Part shown: positions 10,044 through 19,570 of the stretch, piece by piece
How positions within the stretch are numbered: the first letter of the stretch is position 1
Layout: the number at the start of each line of letters is the position of its first letter
Assembly (NCBI RefSeq): GCF_000039765.1
Contig: NC_004460.2
Span: forward strand, 240,001-272,000
Origin: Vibrio vulnificus CMCP6
Lineage (GTDB): Bacteria > Pseudomonadota > Gammaproteobacteria > Enterobacterales > Vibrionaceae
Direction of reading: 5' to 3'
DNA length: 32,000 bases
Translations under genes and position numbers: made by a program
The notes under the pieces: generated by a model
Told to the model about the DNA's origin: nothing
Seen by the model: only the letters and a program-made list of their open reading frames with translations
Database searches by the model: none

Positions 10044-10547
10044 ATGTCGAATCAAACTCCGGCAATAACGAATAAAAAGAACAAGTGGTTATCCGATCAA
10101 GTTGATTGTGAGTTTCCCACCAAAGAAAGTATTGACGGATTGCAACTCTACCGCGCTTCTGCCGAGCAGCGCATTACCGAGCCATTTTCTATCACGGTGA
10201 CAGAATGTGAGGAGATGGAACACTACTTGGTCGATTTTCACCGTCTGACCATTATGTTTGCACTGCTGCAAAGTAAGCGTTGGTCTGACGAAAGTGAACA
10301 ATCGTTAATTGTTGAATTTCTAACGCAAATCATTCTGTCGCCCGAACACGATCTTTATGTGAGTTTCTCTCACGGTGAGCCAGTAGGCGCAGCGATGGTG
10401 ACGCGTTTGGAGTCAGAACTTTTGGTTTCCGATATCGTGTACAAACAAGCTTTCGATAAAGAACGAGTTGCGGGTTATTTGAGCTGTTTGCTTGAAAAAG
10501 TCACCAAAGAAATGTCAGCGGTAGAGAAAATTCTCATCGAAATTTGA
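10044..10547 (+). CDS. Hypothetical cytoplasmic protein, 167 aa, family not recognised
   Basis: Lies in track ORF 10032-10547, with ATG at 10044 (MSNQTPAITN..). It is tightly spaced after the small lipoprotein ORF. I recognised no motif. Confidence 0.6.
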   Translation: MSNQTPAITNKKNKWLSDQVDCEFPTKESIDGLQLYRASAEQRITEPFSITVTECEEMEHYLVDFHRLTIMFALLQSKRWSDESEQSLIVEFLTQIILSPEHDLYVSFSHGEPVGAAMVTRLESELLVSDIVYKQAFDKERVAGYLSCLLEKVTKEMSAVEKILIEI

Positions 10548-10607
10548 TCAATGTCGTAATAAGTTCCTAATCAGCCACTATCATATCCCCACCATTTATT
10601 ACTTGGG

Positions 10608-12383
10608 ATGCATATGAGAACGCTTAGGCTTATTTTGATGTCCGTTGTTGTGCTGTTGATGAATTCCGCATTCGCTTCGACACAATGGCAAACGCGCCAA
10701 GTGCTCATTCTCCATTCCTACGATGCTTCTTATCAATGGACTCAAGAGATGCAGAGAGGCATTGAGAAAGCCATTGACAGTATTGACGGTGATGTCCGTT
10801 TATCCGTTGAATATCTTGACACCAAACGAATCTCTTCTGCGGACTACTTACAAAAGACCGCTGAGTATATGACCGCGAAATATCGAGGTTATCACTGGGA
10901 TGGTGTGTTGGTCACCGATGATAACGCATTGCGCTTTGCACAGACGTACTTTTCACAGCAGCTCACACAGTACCCAGTCGTTGCCGTTGCGATCAATGAT
11001 ACACAGTGGCAAAGTCAATCGAGTAAGCACAACTTCCAAGTCATTTATGAAAAAGACCTTTTAGATGAAAACCTCGCTCTGATTGAAGCCCTTCGTCCCA
11101 ATATTCAAAAACTTTATTATCTTGCGGACAAAAGTATTACCTCCGATCTGATTCGCGCCGACCTTAATCATTCGATGCGTCAGCATGCAAACATTGAACT
11201 TGTCGACATCTCAGATAAATCGCTCGACGAGGCCAGCCAATTTTTAGCTCAGATTGATCCGGACGATGCGGTGTTACTCACGCACTACAACACGGAGCTG
11301 AGTTCTGGCGTATTTCATTCCTACAAAAAAATCTCGAACACAATAGGCGACAGTAGCCGAGCACCGGTTTTTGTTCTATGGGACCTCTATCTTGGGCAGC
11401 CAGGCATTGTCGGTGGCTACGTTAATTGTTCAGAGAAATTTGGTTATCAGGGCATGTTGATGCTGGCTGAGCAAATGGGCTACACCTTGCCAGAGGCGAT
11501 GATGGATGAAAGACCATCCTCACTTGTCTTTGATTTTAACGCACTAGACAAGTACGACATCGATTTAGATAAGTTACCGTCTAACGCCACGTTATTGAAT
11601 GAACCCGTCTCTTATTTGGTGAAACATCGACAGGTATTGCTGGTTGCGGGTGTGATTATTTTGTCGTTGTCTATGGTGATCGCCATGCAGTACATGACGA
11701 TTCAGCAGAAAAAACTGATCAACTTGAAAAATCGCAAAATTGTTGCTCTGCAGAGAAGGACATTAGCAGTGCAAAAAGAGATGATCCATGTGCTAGGTGA
11801 AGCCATTGAAACACGTTCTGGAGAAACGGGTAACCATGTTAAACGTGTCGCGCAATTATCCGTTGGGTTAGGGCGTTTATGCGGATTGAGCCACCGTGAG
11901 TTGGAGATGCTAGAAATCATTAGCCCGATGCACGATGTTGGTAAAATCGCCATTCCCGAAGCCATACTGGACAAGCCCGGTAAACTTAGCCTAGAAGAGC
12001 GAGAAGTGATTCAGACCCATTGTGAAGTAGGTTATCGCCTCCTTAATAACAACAAAGCTAAGATCATGAAATTAGCCGCATTGGTCGCGTTACAGCATCA
12101 TGAGCACTGGGATGGCCACGGCTATCCATATCAGCTTAGAGCAGATGAAATTCATGTTTTCTCAAGGGTTACTGCCATTGCTGATGTGTTTGACGCGTTA
12201 CTCAGTGAGCGTTGTTATAAAGCGGCTTGGGACATTCATCGTGTGATCGACTTCTTTGAACAGCAGAAAGGTAAGCAGTTTGATCCGTACTTAACGGAAT
12301 TGCTACTCAACAACATCGACCATTTTGTCGAGATTCGAAACTGTTATCCAGATAATCTCAACGAATTCAAGCAGGCGAGCTAA
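10608..12383 (+). CDS. HD-GYP domain c-di-GMP phosphodiesterase with a periplasmic substrate-binding-like sensor domain
   Basis: It has an N-terminal signal/TM segment, a ~330-aa periplasmic domain, a TM segment (VLLVAGVIILSLSMVIAM), and an HD-GYP domain (SPMHDVGKIAIP and HHEHWDGHGYP). An alternative start is at 10614. Confidence 0.85.
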   Translation: MHMRTLRLILMSVVVLLMNSAFASTQWQTRQVLILHSYDASYQWTQEMQRGIEKAIDSIDGDVRLSVEYLDTKRISSADYLQKTAEYMTAKYRGYHWDGVLVTDDNALRFAQTYFSQQLTQYPVVAVAINDTQWQSQSSKHNFQVIYEKDLLDENLALIEALRPNIQKLYYLADKSITSDLIRADLNHSMRQHANIELVDISDKSLDEASQFLAQIDPDDAVLLTHYNTELSSGVFHSYKKISNTIGDSSRAPVFVLWDLYLGQPGIVGGYVNCSEKFGYQGMLMLAEQMGYTLPEAMMDERPSSLVFDFNALDKYDIDLDKLPSNATLLNEPVSYLVKHRQVLLVAGVIILSLSMVIAMQYMTIQQKKLINLKNRKIVALQRRTLAVQKEMIHVLGEAIETRSGETGNHVKRVAQLSVGLGRLCGLSHRELEMLEIISPMHDVGKIAIPEAILDKPGKLSLEEREVIQTHCEVGYRLLNNNKAKIMKLAALVALQHHEHWDGHGYPYQLRADEIHVFSRVTAIADVFDALLSERCYKAAWDIHRVIDFFEQQKGKQFDPYLTELLLNNIDHFVEIRNCYPDNLNEFKQAS

Positions 12384-12539
12384 ATTCGCTACACTCTGCG
12401 CATTTATGATCATTCTCCGACATAGATTATGATTTTTGTCGGAGAACTCCGGTTTTCTGAGCACTTTGCTTCATATAGTAAAGGGAATTTAAGTGAACGC
12501 CCTTCGTTCACGCTGATTTCTATAAACTGGGGAATGCGA

Positions 12540-13208
12540 ATGATAAAAACAAAAATAAAATGCGTCATTTTCGACTGCGACGGAACCTTGGTCGACAGTG
12601 AAAAGCTGTGCTGCCATGCTCTCGTGAATGTCTTTGAACAATTTGGCTCTCATATTTCCTTAGAACAATGCCTTGCTCAGTTTCGCGGTGGGAAACTGGC
12701 TGATGTGCTTTCCGATGCGATGGCATTGGCTGAGCTCGAAATATCGTTAGATTTACTAGAGCCTGCTTATCGCAATGAGTTAAACCGCTTGTTTAACGAG
12801 AAATTGCAGGTGATGCCTGGGGCTGAAAGCTTGCTCGATTTTCTCGAACGAGAAAAGATTGAATATTGTGTTGCGTCGAATGGCCCGAAAGACAAGATCG
12901 CGCTCTCTTTAAGGCTGACGGGATTGTTAGAACGGTTTGAAGGGAAAATGTATTCGGCATTTGAAGCGAATGCGTGGAAACCAGATCCTGATCTTTTGAT
13001 GTACAGTGCGTTCCATATGGGGTTTGCAGCGGATGAGTGTATCTATGTCGACGATACGCCGAAAGGGGTGGAAGCCGGTATCAATGCAGGCATGAGAACG
13101 TTTCAGTTATTTAACGGTTATGACATTAACCAAATAACAGATGCCCGAGTCAGACAGATCGGGCATTTGGAAGAACTGATAGAGATTATTCGTCAAGATT
13201 CAAATTAA
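12540..13208 (+). CDS. HAD-superfamily hydrolase (phosphatase/beta-phosphoglucomutase-like)
   Basis: HAD motif I (VIFDCDGTLVDSE) is followed by later motifs (ASNG, K.DPD, YVDD). GGGGAA lies upstream of ATG 12540, with an alternative ATG at 12534. The track ORF start at 12429 looks like an over-extension. Confidence 0.8.
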   Translation: MIKTKIKCVIFDCDGTLVDSEKLCCHALVNVFEQFGSHISLEQCLAQFRGGKLADVLSDAMALAELEISLDLLEPAYRNELNRLFNEKLQVMPGAESLLDFLEREKIEYCVASNGPKDKIALSLRLTGLLERFEGKMYSAFEANAWKPDPDLLMYSAFHMGFAADECIYVDDTPKGVEAGINAGMRTFQLFNGYDINQITDARVRQIGHLEELIEIIRQDSN

Positions 13209-13420
13209 TGACAACTGTTACTGATGGAATGCACGTAAGCAGGTCGATTTTGATAAATAGGTGCCATTTGGAGACAACGAATGGCGCTGAAGTTCTTTGT
13301 ATGGAAACCACATGATGCACATGTGAACTTTTCCCCATCTCCAGAGATGAAGTACTCATCGTGTTGACAAAGTGGGCATACGGTATTTTCGGTTACGTCG
13401 ATATATTTATAAGTATTCAT
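13205..13420 (-). CDS. Small zinc-ribbon protein, 71 aa
   Basis: It has CPLC..(17)..CASC Cys pairs. GGTGA lies 9 nt upstream of the ATG. Its 3' end overlaps the convergent HAD gene by 4 nt. Confidence 0.45.
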   Translation of the reverse strand: MNTYKYIDVTENTVCPLCQHDEYFISGDGEKFTCASCGFHTKNFSAIRCLQMAPIYQNRPAYVHSISNSCH

Positions 13421-13654
13421 TTTTTAATCACCAGCAGCAAAATAGGCCCTATTAGAATAGCGAAATGTTTAATAACAGGGCATTTTTTCACTCTAATAAA
13501 CAAGTTCTTGAGAGTGATATCCCAGTATTGTATGAGAAGTTAGATATTTTCATTGCAATTTGTTTCTTGAGCCGAAAATGAAATTGAATGCTTATTACCA
13601 ATAAGAAGTACGGCGTAAACAAACATGCTCCAAAACGAATAAAACAACTCAAGG

Positions 13655-13682
13655 ATATAAAAAAGCTCCCGAAGGAGCTTTT
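13655..13682 (-). terminator. Rho-independent terminator immediately after the MCP gene
   Basis: On the - strand, AAGCTCC-ttcg-GGAGCTT is followed by TTTTATAT. Confidence 0.7.
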
Positions 13683-13683
13683 G

Positions 13684-15117
13684 TCATTGTGTTCGATATT
13701 GTTTAAGGATTTGTGACAGTGAGATGGTGGCCTTGGTGAGATTCGCTACTCCCGATGACGACTGCTGTGCGACGGTGCGTATCGTATTTGATTGGCTGCG
13801 AATATCGCTGAGCTCTGAGGCAATGTCGTTAGCGACCGCACTTTGCTCTTCTGCAGAGGTGGAAATTTGAATACTCATGTCCATCAGCACTTTCGCTGAG
13901 TCGGCAATCGATTTAACGTCCGTACCAATTTCTGCAATCAAATCACTACTGGTTTTCGCTTGACTGACCGTTTGAGCGGTAATCGAAGCGATGTTTTGAC
14001 TCTCTGTTTGCAGCTTCTCTATCATGGCTTGAATTTCAACGGTGGCCGCCTGAGTTCGGCTGGCTAAGGTTCGAACTTCGTCTGCAACTACGGCGAAACC
14101 TCGCCCTTGTTCACCCGCTCGCGCCGCTTCAATCGCTGCGTTAAGTGCCAGCAGGTTTGTTTGTTCAGAGATGGCATTGATGGTGGTGATCACATCATTG
14201 ATTTGTGTCGTGTTGTCATTCAACGTGGATACTGATGTCGATGCTCGCTCAATGTAGCTAGAAAGCTTATCAATCTCTGCAATCGCGGATACAACGCGTT
14301 TATGACTGCCTTCAATATGTTGGGTATCGCGCTCCGTTTGATGCGTCGCTTGCTGAGAAATCGAAGAGACTTCTTTGGCTGAAGCGGTCATTTGCTCCAT
14401 AGCGGTCGCCACTGAGTCTAATGAGGAATACTGATTTTGGATTTGCGTTTCGCTGAGCTTCATCTCTTTTTCAAACGAAGCACTGGTTTCACCCATCGTG
14501 TTTGCATTCTCTTTTACACTTTTTACTAGATCGGTCAGAGTGTCCATGGCTTTGTCTAGCGCACAGCCAATGGTACCAAATTCATCACGACCAGGATGGA
14601 AGCCGAGACGAGAGGTTAAATCGCCCTCACCAATCTTCTGTGTCGTGGTGTAGAGGACCCACAGCGCGCCACCAAGGAAAGTTGCGACCCAATAACAAAA
14701 CAAACCGAAAGGAGCGAGCCACAAATAGCTTAGCAAAAAGGTAGTGAGGGCAGAGGATCTTGCCTTCTCATCAGATTGTTTCGTATTCGCAGTAAGCTGA
14801 TAAAACTGACCATCGGCTCCTTTTAATGACACGGTAGTCATGCCATCTTTGTATTTTGCATCAGTTGCACTTGCGGCTTTAGATACGCCACTGATGGCCA
14901 AAATGGCGTCACTGTTAGGATGGCTGACGATCCCTTGTAAGCGATTTTGCGCGGCGATTTTAGCCTGCACCTCTATCTGCTCGAGTTGGTTAACATAACG
15001 GGCACCTGAAACACAGGATAGGGCGAGGATAAACAGGGTGACGATGACCCAGATTTTGTCATTGATCGACATTTTGATAAACAAGCGGTCGATGGTCCTA
15101 AATTCAACTTCTCTCAT
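13684..15117 (-). CDS. Methyl-accepting chemotaxis protein
   Basis: It has two TM segments, a HAMP region and the conserved signalling hairpin [38 protein letters not shown]. An SD (GGAG) lies 5 nt upstream of ATG 15117. An alternative ATG at 15072 has no SD. Confidence 0.9.
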   Translation of the reverse strand: MREVEFRTIDRLFIKMSINDKIWVIVTLFILALSCVSGARYVNQLEQIEVQAKIAAQNRLQGIVSHPNSDAILAISGVSKAASATDAKYKDGMTTVSLKGADGQFYQLTANTKQSDEKARSSALTTFLLSYLWLAPFGLFCYWVATFLGGALWVLYTTTQKIGEGDLTSRLGFHPGRDEFGTIGCALDKAMDTLTDLVKSVKENANTMGETSASFEKEMKLSETQIQNQYSSLDSVATAMEQMTASAKEVSSISQQATHQTERDTQHIEGSHKRVVSAIAEIDKLSSYIERASTSVSTLNDNTTQINDVITTINAISEQTNLLALNAAIEAARAGEQGRGFAVVADEVRTLASRTQAATVEIQAMIEKLQTESQNIASITAQTVSQAKTSSDLIAEIGTDVKSIADSAKVLMDMSIQISTSAEEQSAVANDIASELSDIRSQSNTIRTVAQQSSSGVANLTKATISLSQILKQYRTQ

Positions 15118-15330
15118 ATCTGCTCCATATTGAGATCAATTCGTCGCTAAAGTTATAGTGATACCGAAAGATTTTATGAGAGGAAGCTCAAGGTTGTATG
15201 CAATTAATGATATGTAACATTTTAATATTGTGATCGCTGCGGTATAACCACATATAACAGGATGTATAAAGAAGGTTTGCGTGATGCAACCTGTTACACA
15301 CTATTTCCCCACACATACTAAGGAGTGGTC

Positions 15331-15450
15331 ATGTCAGAATTTGAACTAAAAAATGATGAGACACTAGAGTGGCTGGACGCGATGGAAATTGGAATCGATT
15401 TGTCGCAATACCCAAATGAAGAGAATGACGCAGACAGCGATGTCTGTTGA
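15331..15450 (+). CDS. Unannotated 39-aa highly acidic peptide (MSEFELKNDETLEWLDAMEIGIDLSQYPNEENDADSDVC)
   Basis: A consensus SD (TAAGGAG) lies 6 nt upstream of the ATG. It has 13 Asp/Glu and 1 Lys. It ends 20 nt before the acpH ATG, which has no visible SD of its own. Confidence 0.5.
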   Translation: MSEFELKNDETLEWLDAMEIGIDLSQYPNEENDADSDVC

Positions 15451-15470
15451 TTCCCCCCTGACAAACAATA

Positions 15471-16064
15471 ATGAACTACCTTGCCCACCTACATTTAGCG
15501 GACGTTGCCAACAGTGACATGTTAGGCAACTTACTGGGCGACTTCGCCAAGGGTGACCCAAACAAACAATATTCACAGGAAATCGTGCAAGGGATTCGTT
15601 TGCATCGCGCCATCGATAAGTTTGTTGATACACACGGTATCGTACGAGCGTGCAAAAAACGTTTCCCAAAACAGCAGCGACGTTTTGCGTTAATCGCTTT
15701 AGACATGTTTTGGGATCATTGCCTTGCGATGCATTGGCACCGATACAGCGATATCTCTTTAGATTCGTTTGTGCATTACGCGCAACGAGAAGTGGCCAAA
15801 CACGGCACCAAAGATCTGCCACCCTCTTTTTTACTGTTGAATCAACGCATGTGGCAAGGCAAGTGGTTGCAGTCATATCGTGAGATGGACAATATCGAGT
15901 TTGCGCTGCACAGAATGTCACAGCGTCGACCCAGATTGTCGCCACTGTCTGAATGTCACGCCACATTGCAAGACGAATATGAGCATTTTTCTAGCGCCTT
16001 CGAAACGCTTTATGCCGACACATTGCAATTTAGCTGCAACCAACAGAAAGAGTTTGGCTTGTAG
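15471..16064 (+). CDS. acpH: Acyl carrier protein phosphodiesterase
   Basis: 197 aa. The N-terminus MNYLAHLHLADVANSDMLGNLLGDFAKG parallels E. coli AcpH (MNFLAHLHLA..GNLLADFVRG). Confidence 0.88.
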   Translation: MNYLAHLHLADVANSDMLGNLLGDFAKGDPNKQYSQEIVQGIRLHRAIDKFVDTHGIVRACKKRFPKQQRRFALIALDMFWDHCLAMHWHRYSDISLDSFVHYAQREVAKHGTKDLPPSFLLLNQRMWQGKWLQSYREMDNIEFALHRMSQRRPRLSPLSECHATLQDEYEHFSSAFETLYADTLQFSCNQQKEFGL

Positions 16065-16119
16065 ATAGAGATATTTATCTGGCTCTGCTACAATCCGCGC
16101 TCATTTTTTGGGGGCCGTA

Positions 16120-17376
16120 ATGACAAATACTTTCATTGAGCTTGGACTTGATTCTTCGTTAAGCGATCATCTTTCTCAGCTAGGATTTAACACACCAACA
16201 CCAATTCAACAGCAAGCGATTCCACATCTTTTGCAAGGTAGAGATGTGCTGGCTGCCGCTCAAACAGGGACAGGAAAAACCGCCGCTTATGGCTTGCCAC
16301 TGATCCAAATGTTGTCACGACAGTCGCGAGAAGAAACGGCACCCAAACATCCTAGAGCACTGATCTTAGCGCCAACCCGAGAGCTGGCGCAGCAAGTGTT
16401 CGACAATTTGAAACAGTATGCGCAACACACTGAGTTGGCTATCGTTACCGTATACGGTGGAACCAGTATCCGTGTTCAACAAGAACAATTGGCAAAAGGT
16501 GTTGATATCCTCATTGCGACGCCTGGACGTCTATTGGATCATCTTTTTACCAAGAAAACCTCATTGAACCAGTTGCAAATGCTGGTGTTAGACGAAGCCG
16601 ATCGCATGTTGGATATGGGCTTTTTGCCCGACATTCAGCGCATTATGAAAAGAATGCCTGAAGAGCGTCAAACGCTGCTGTTTTCCGCTACGTTTGAAAC
16701 ACGTGTCAAAGCATTGGCTTATCGTTTAATGAAAGAGCCCGTCGAAGTTCAAGTTGCCGCTGCCAACAGCACCGCCGACACCGTTAAGCAGATGGTGTAT
16801 CCGGTCGACAAAAAACGCAAAAGCGAGTTGTTGGCGTATCTCATTGGCTCTCGTAATTGGCAGCAAGTACTGGTATTTACCAAAACTAAGCAAGGCAGCG
16901 ATGCTTTGGTGAGTGAATTAAAGCTGGATGGCATCAAGGCCGCTTCCATCAATGGCGATAAATCGCAAGGTGCACGTCAGAAAGCTCTGGATGATTTTAA
17001 ATCGGGTAAAGTACGCGCGTTGATCGCCACCGATGTTGCCGCACGCGGTTTGGATATTGCTCAGCTAGAGCAAGTCGTAAACTTCGATATGCCTTACAAG
17101 GCAGAAGATTACGTGCACCGAATTGGCCGAACGGGGAGAGCAGGGCAAACGGGGCTCGCAGTATCTTTTATGTCACGAGATGAAGAATACTTGCTGCAAG
17201 CGATTGAAAATCTGCTGGATACCCGTTTACCTCAAGAATGGTTAGCGGGATTTGAGCCCAGTGAAAAAGAGAACTACGTTGAAGATACACCTAGCAAGCG
17301 CACTAGTCGTTCAGCAGAAAAACGTAAGCTTAAGCAAAAGTTAAAAATTCACCAAGGCCGTGGTAAAAAGCGCTGA
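16120..17376 (+). CDS. rhlE: DEAD-box ATP-dependent RNA helicase (RhlE-like)
   Basis: It has the Q-motif region, AQTGTGKT, PTRELA, VLDEADRMLDMGF, SAT and HRIGRTGRAG motifs, plus a basic C-terminal tail. ATG 16120 follows a GGGGG run. Confidence 0.9.
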   Translation: MTNTFIELGLDSSLSDHLSQLGFNTPTPIQQQAIPHLLQGRDVLAAAQTGTGKTAAYGLPLIQMLSRQSREETAPKHPRALILAPTRELAQQVFDNLKQYAQHTELAIVTVYGGTSIRVQQEQLAKGVDILIATPGRLLDHLFTKKTSLNQLQMLVLDEADRMLDMGFLPDIQRIMKRMPEERQTLLFSATFETRVKALAYRLMKEPVEVQVAAANSTADTVKQMVYPVDKKRKSELLAYLIGSRNWQQVLVFTKTKQGSDALVSELKLDGIKAASINGDKSQGARQKALDDFKSGKVRALIATDVAARGLDIAQLEQVVNFDMPYKAEDYVHRIGRTGRAGQTGLAVSFMSRDEEYLLQAIENLLDTRLPQEWLAGFEPSEKENYVEDTPSKRTSRSAEKRKLKQKLKIHQGRGKKR

Positions 17377-17432
17377 TTGCTGTTCGGACTTATCGCTTAA
17401 GTTAACGCACAAAAGTTAGAGCACAAAAAGTT

Positions 17433-17469
17433 AGGTCGGAACGGGCACACCATTCCGACCTATTTTATT
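17433..17469. terminator. Bidirectional rho-independent terminator between the rhlE-like and EAL genes
   Basis: A 9-bp stem AGGTCGGAA/TTCCGACCT is followed by ATTTTATT on the + strand and AACTTTTTG on the - strand. Confidence 0.75.
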
Positions 17470-17476
17470 ACTAACC

Positions 17477-18280
17477 CTAGCCAAAGGAGGCCAAAGAAAA
17501 CGCGGGTTCTTCTTCAAGAGATTGCGGCATCGCCAAAAAGTAACCTTGGTACATATCCAGATTCAACAATTTCATCAGGCTAAGCTGCTGCTCGGTTTCA
17601 ATCCCTTCAATCACGGTTAGCGATTCCATTTCTCGGGCAAAAGCCAATGCGCACAACAGTAAGTTGGTATCGCCTTCTTCATAGCGCTGAAGCAAAGAGC
17701 GATCAAGTTTAATGATGTTGGGCAGGATATTGCGCGTGCGCTCCTGAGTGGAGGCCGCAATGCCAAAGTCGTCAATGGCCCACCAAAAACCGTTTTTACT
17801 CAAAGAACGAGTCGCGCATTGAAGTTCTTGCTCACAGTTCACTTTGATTTCAATCAGTTCCATGACAATTTGCTCTGGGCACAGATCGACTTCTCGAATG
17901 GTTTTTAGCAAAAAATGGTAGCTCAGCTCTTCTAACGCCAGTCTTTCAACCGCATGTGGCAATACATTGAGAAAGAGTTTCTTATCTCGATAACTGGATT
18001 GAGCAAAATTGCGTATGTGCATGATGCGGCTCAAACGTTCAACGTTGAGCTTATCGATTGGTGAGATCTCATCGGAATGAAAAAAATGGTCGGGACGGAT
18101 AATACTTCCGTCATCACACTGGATTCGGACCAGTGCTTCAAGGCCCACAACAGTCAGGTCTTTTTTGTAAATTGGCTGAAAAACACTTCGAAGTGTCATT
18201 TCCTTATAGCGTGAAACAAACTGTCCACCCTGCTCAGAAAATATATACTCGTTCAGCTTCTCTGCAGTTAACGTGTTCAT
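17477..18280 (-). CDS. Stand-alone EAL-domain c-di-GMP phosphodiesterase
   Basis: Catalytic residues look intact (QPIY, LEALVR, NVLP, ELIE, DDFG, KLD, EGIE, QGY). The start is uncertain between ATG 18280 and the track start 18325, and neither has a strong SD. Confidence 0.8.
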   Translation of the reverse strand: MNTLTAEKLNEYIFSEQGGQFVSRYKEMTLRSVFQPIYKKDLTVVGLEALVRIQCDDGSIIRPDHFFHSDEISPIDKLNVERLSRIMHIRNFAQSSYRDKKLFLNVLPHAVERLALEELSYHFLLKTIREVDLCPEQIVMELIEIKVNCEQELQCATRSLSKNGFWWAIDDFGIAASTQERTRNILPNIIKLDRSLLQRYEEGDTNLLLCALAFAREMESLTVIEGIETEQQLSLMKLLNLDMYQGYFLAMPQSLEEEPAFSLASFG

Positions 18281-18576
18281 CTTACGGCTCGAATTAGTGG
18301 TAGAACAGCTCCTTGTTCCTACCATGCGAAAAACAGTGTTCTGTGCTGAGTCAAATCTTTGTCTAACTTTCTAATGGGTGCACAGCCACATACTTTGGTT
18401 CAATGAACCTATAAGGTCAACTGACCCTAATTAATACTTCTAAAGTTAATATCTAACCCGCGCCCGTTTTGCTTATCAAGCAAAGTTGCATGCCAAACTT
18501 ATAATTGTCGAAGCAGCTCAAATTTTGTGTTGCATAAGCGTTAAAACTTGGGGTTAATTTGCGTAGTCAGATCGAT

Positions 18577-19209
18577 TTACCACTGGAGTACTGCGTAGAA
18601 TTGAACATATTTACGCACCATCTGTTTGTTCCCTGAACGCCTTAGCGGGTGGCCAAATTTCAGGTAACAGGGCGAGATGTTGAAACGAGTTTCCAATGAT
18701 TGAGTCAACTGTGAATCACTGGTGTAGAGCGAGATCCCTTGTTCACTGTACTCATTGATTTGGTCTGGTAGCTCACCCATCCACCAATAAAGAAGTTCAC
18801 GGCTTGTTTTACTACGGCTGATCCAGTGATCACCGATAAGAAACAATAAATCATTGGGTTGTATTGCAAACCCGTACTCACTTTGCCACTCAGTGACATC
18901 GGCCAACAAATTGTCTCGGCATGTTTTTCCGGCACTGACCATATGGTGAGACAGCACCCAAACCGTACCAATTTCTGACGTTACCCGGTATTGGTGTGGC
19001 AATTCGCCCACATCCACTTTTTCCAGCGGCTCAATCACGCTTTCATGAGCAAATTGTTTAAACGTGTTCTGCATACGACGCGCAAAAGCCAACCCTAAGT
19101 GGTGCTCACTCATACCTTGGTTATGTACGGCGGGATAGTGCTTTTCACACAGTTTTAAACAATCGTCCTGAAAGTTGTTGACGCTTTTAATCACAAGGTC
19201 GAGTAGCAA
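18577..19209 (-). CDS. Hypothetical protein, 210 aa, no recognisable family
   Basis: It is a long ORF with a TTG start preceded by AAGGA at 5 nt. Composition is non-repetitive and there is no competing ORF with known homology. Confidence 0.55.
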   Translation of the reverse strand: MLLDLVIKSVNNFQDDCLKLCEKHYPAVHNQGMSEHHLGLAFARRMQNTFKQFAHESVIEPLEKVDVGELPHQYRVTSEIGTVWVLSHHMVSAGKTCRDNLLADVTEWQSEYGFAIQPNDLLFLIGDHWISRSKTSRELLYWWMGELPDQINEYSEQGISLYTSDSQLTQSLETRFNISPCYLKFGHPLRRSGNKQMVRKYVQFYAVLQW

Positions 19210-19570
19210 GATATGTCCTTATAGAAATCGAAACAGTCATCACGTTTTTGAGGTTAGCATGTTTAAAAACAGGCAACTAACATTCACTTACAAGTTCTTG
19301 ATCAAAACATCATATTTTTACCTTACTCATCGCTGACTCATTGTTTCAATAACTGAATTGATTTGAGACAAGGCGCTAAAAGGGGAGATGGGTCAATAAC
19401 GAACAAATAATGAAAAGTTCCTTCAATTTTTTCGAACAAGTTGTTCCACCGCCACAGGTAGCCCGTTTGTAAAACTTGGTAAATAATCTCACTCAGTTTG
19501 TAGGGGAAAGGTTATATTGCGTACTGCTACCTATTCTCATTCTCTCTTGTCTATAAGGTTGGATAACACG

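Noticed and set aside
12413-12446. Hairpin TTCTCCGAC..GTCGGAGAA after the HD-GYP gene as a possible terminator
   Set aside because: The loop is 16 nt and the T-tract is short and displaced (CTCCGGTTTTC), so it is not convincing as an intrinsic terminator.
15203-15221. Fur-box-like AT-rich sequence ATTAATGATATGTAACATT in the MCP/acpH divergent region
   Set aside because: It matches only about 11 of 19 positions of GATAATGATAATCATTATC, which is not distinguishable from AT-rich background.
15364-15966. 200-aa track ORF antisense to acpH
   Set aside because: It is a shadow ORF. The + strand frame matches AcpH from its first residue, while the antisense product is Cys/Trp/Arg-rich with no SD or motif.
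19259-19336. 25-aa ORF (MFKNRQLTFTYKFLIKTSYFYLTHR) with GAGG 5 nt upstream
   Set aside because: It is very short, lies in an AT-rich region and has no distinguishing feature. The evidence is too weak to call without conservation data.
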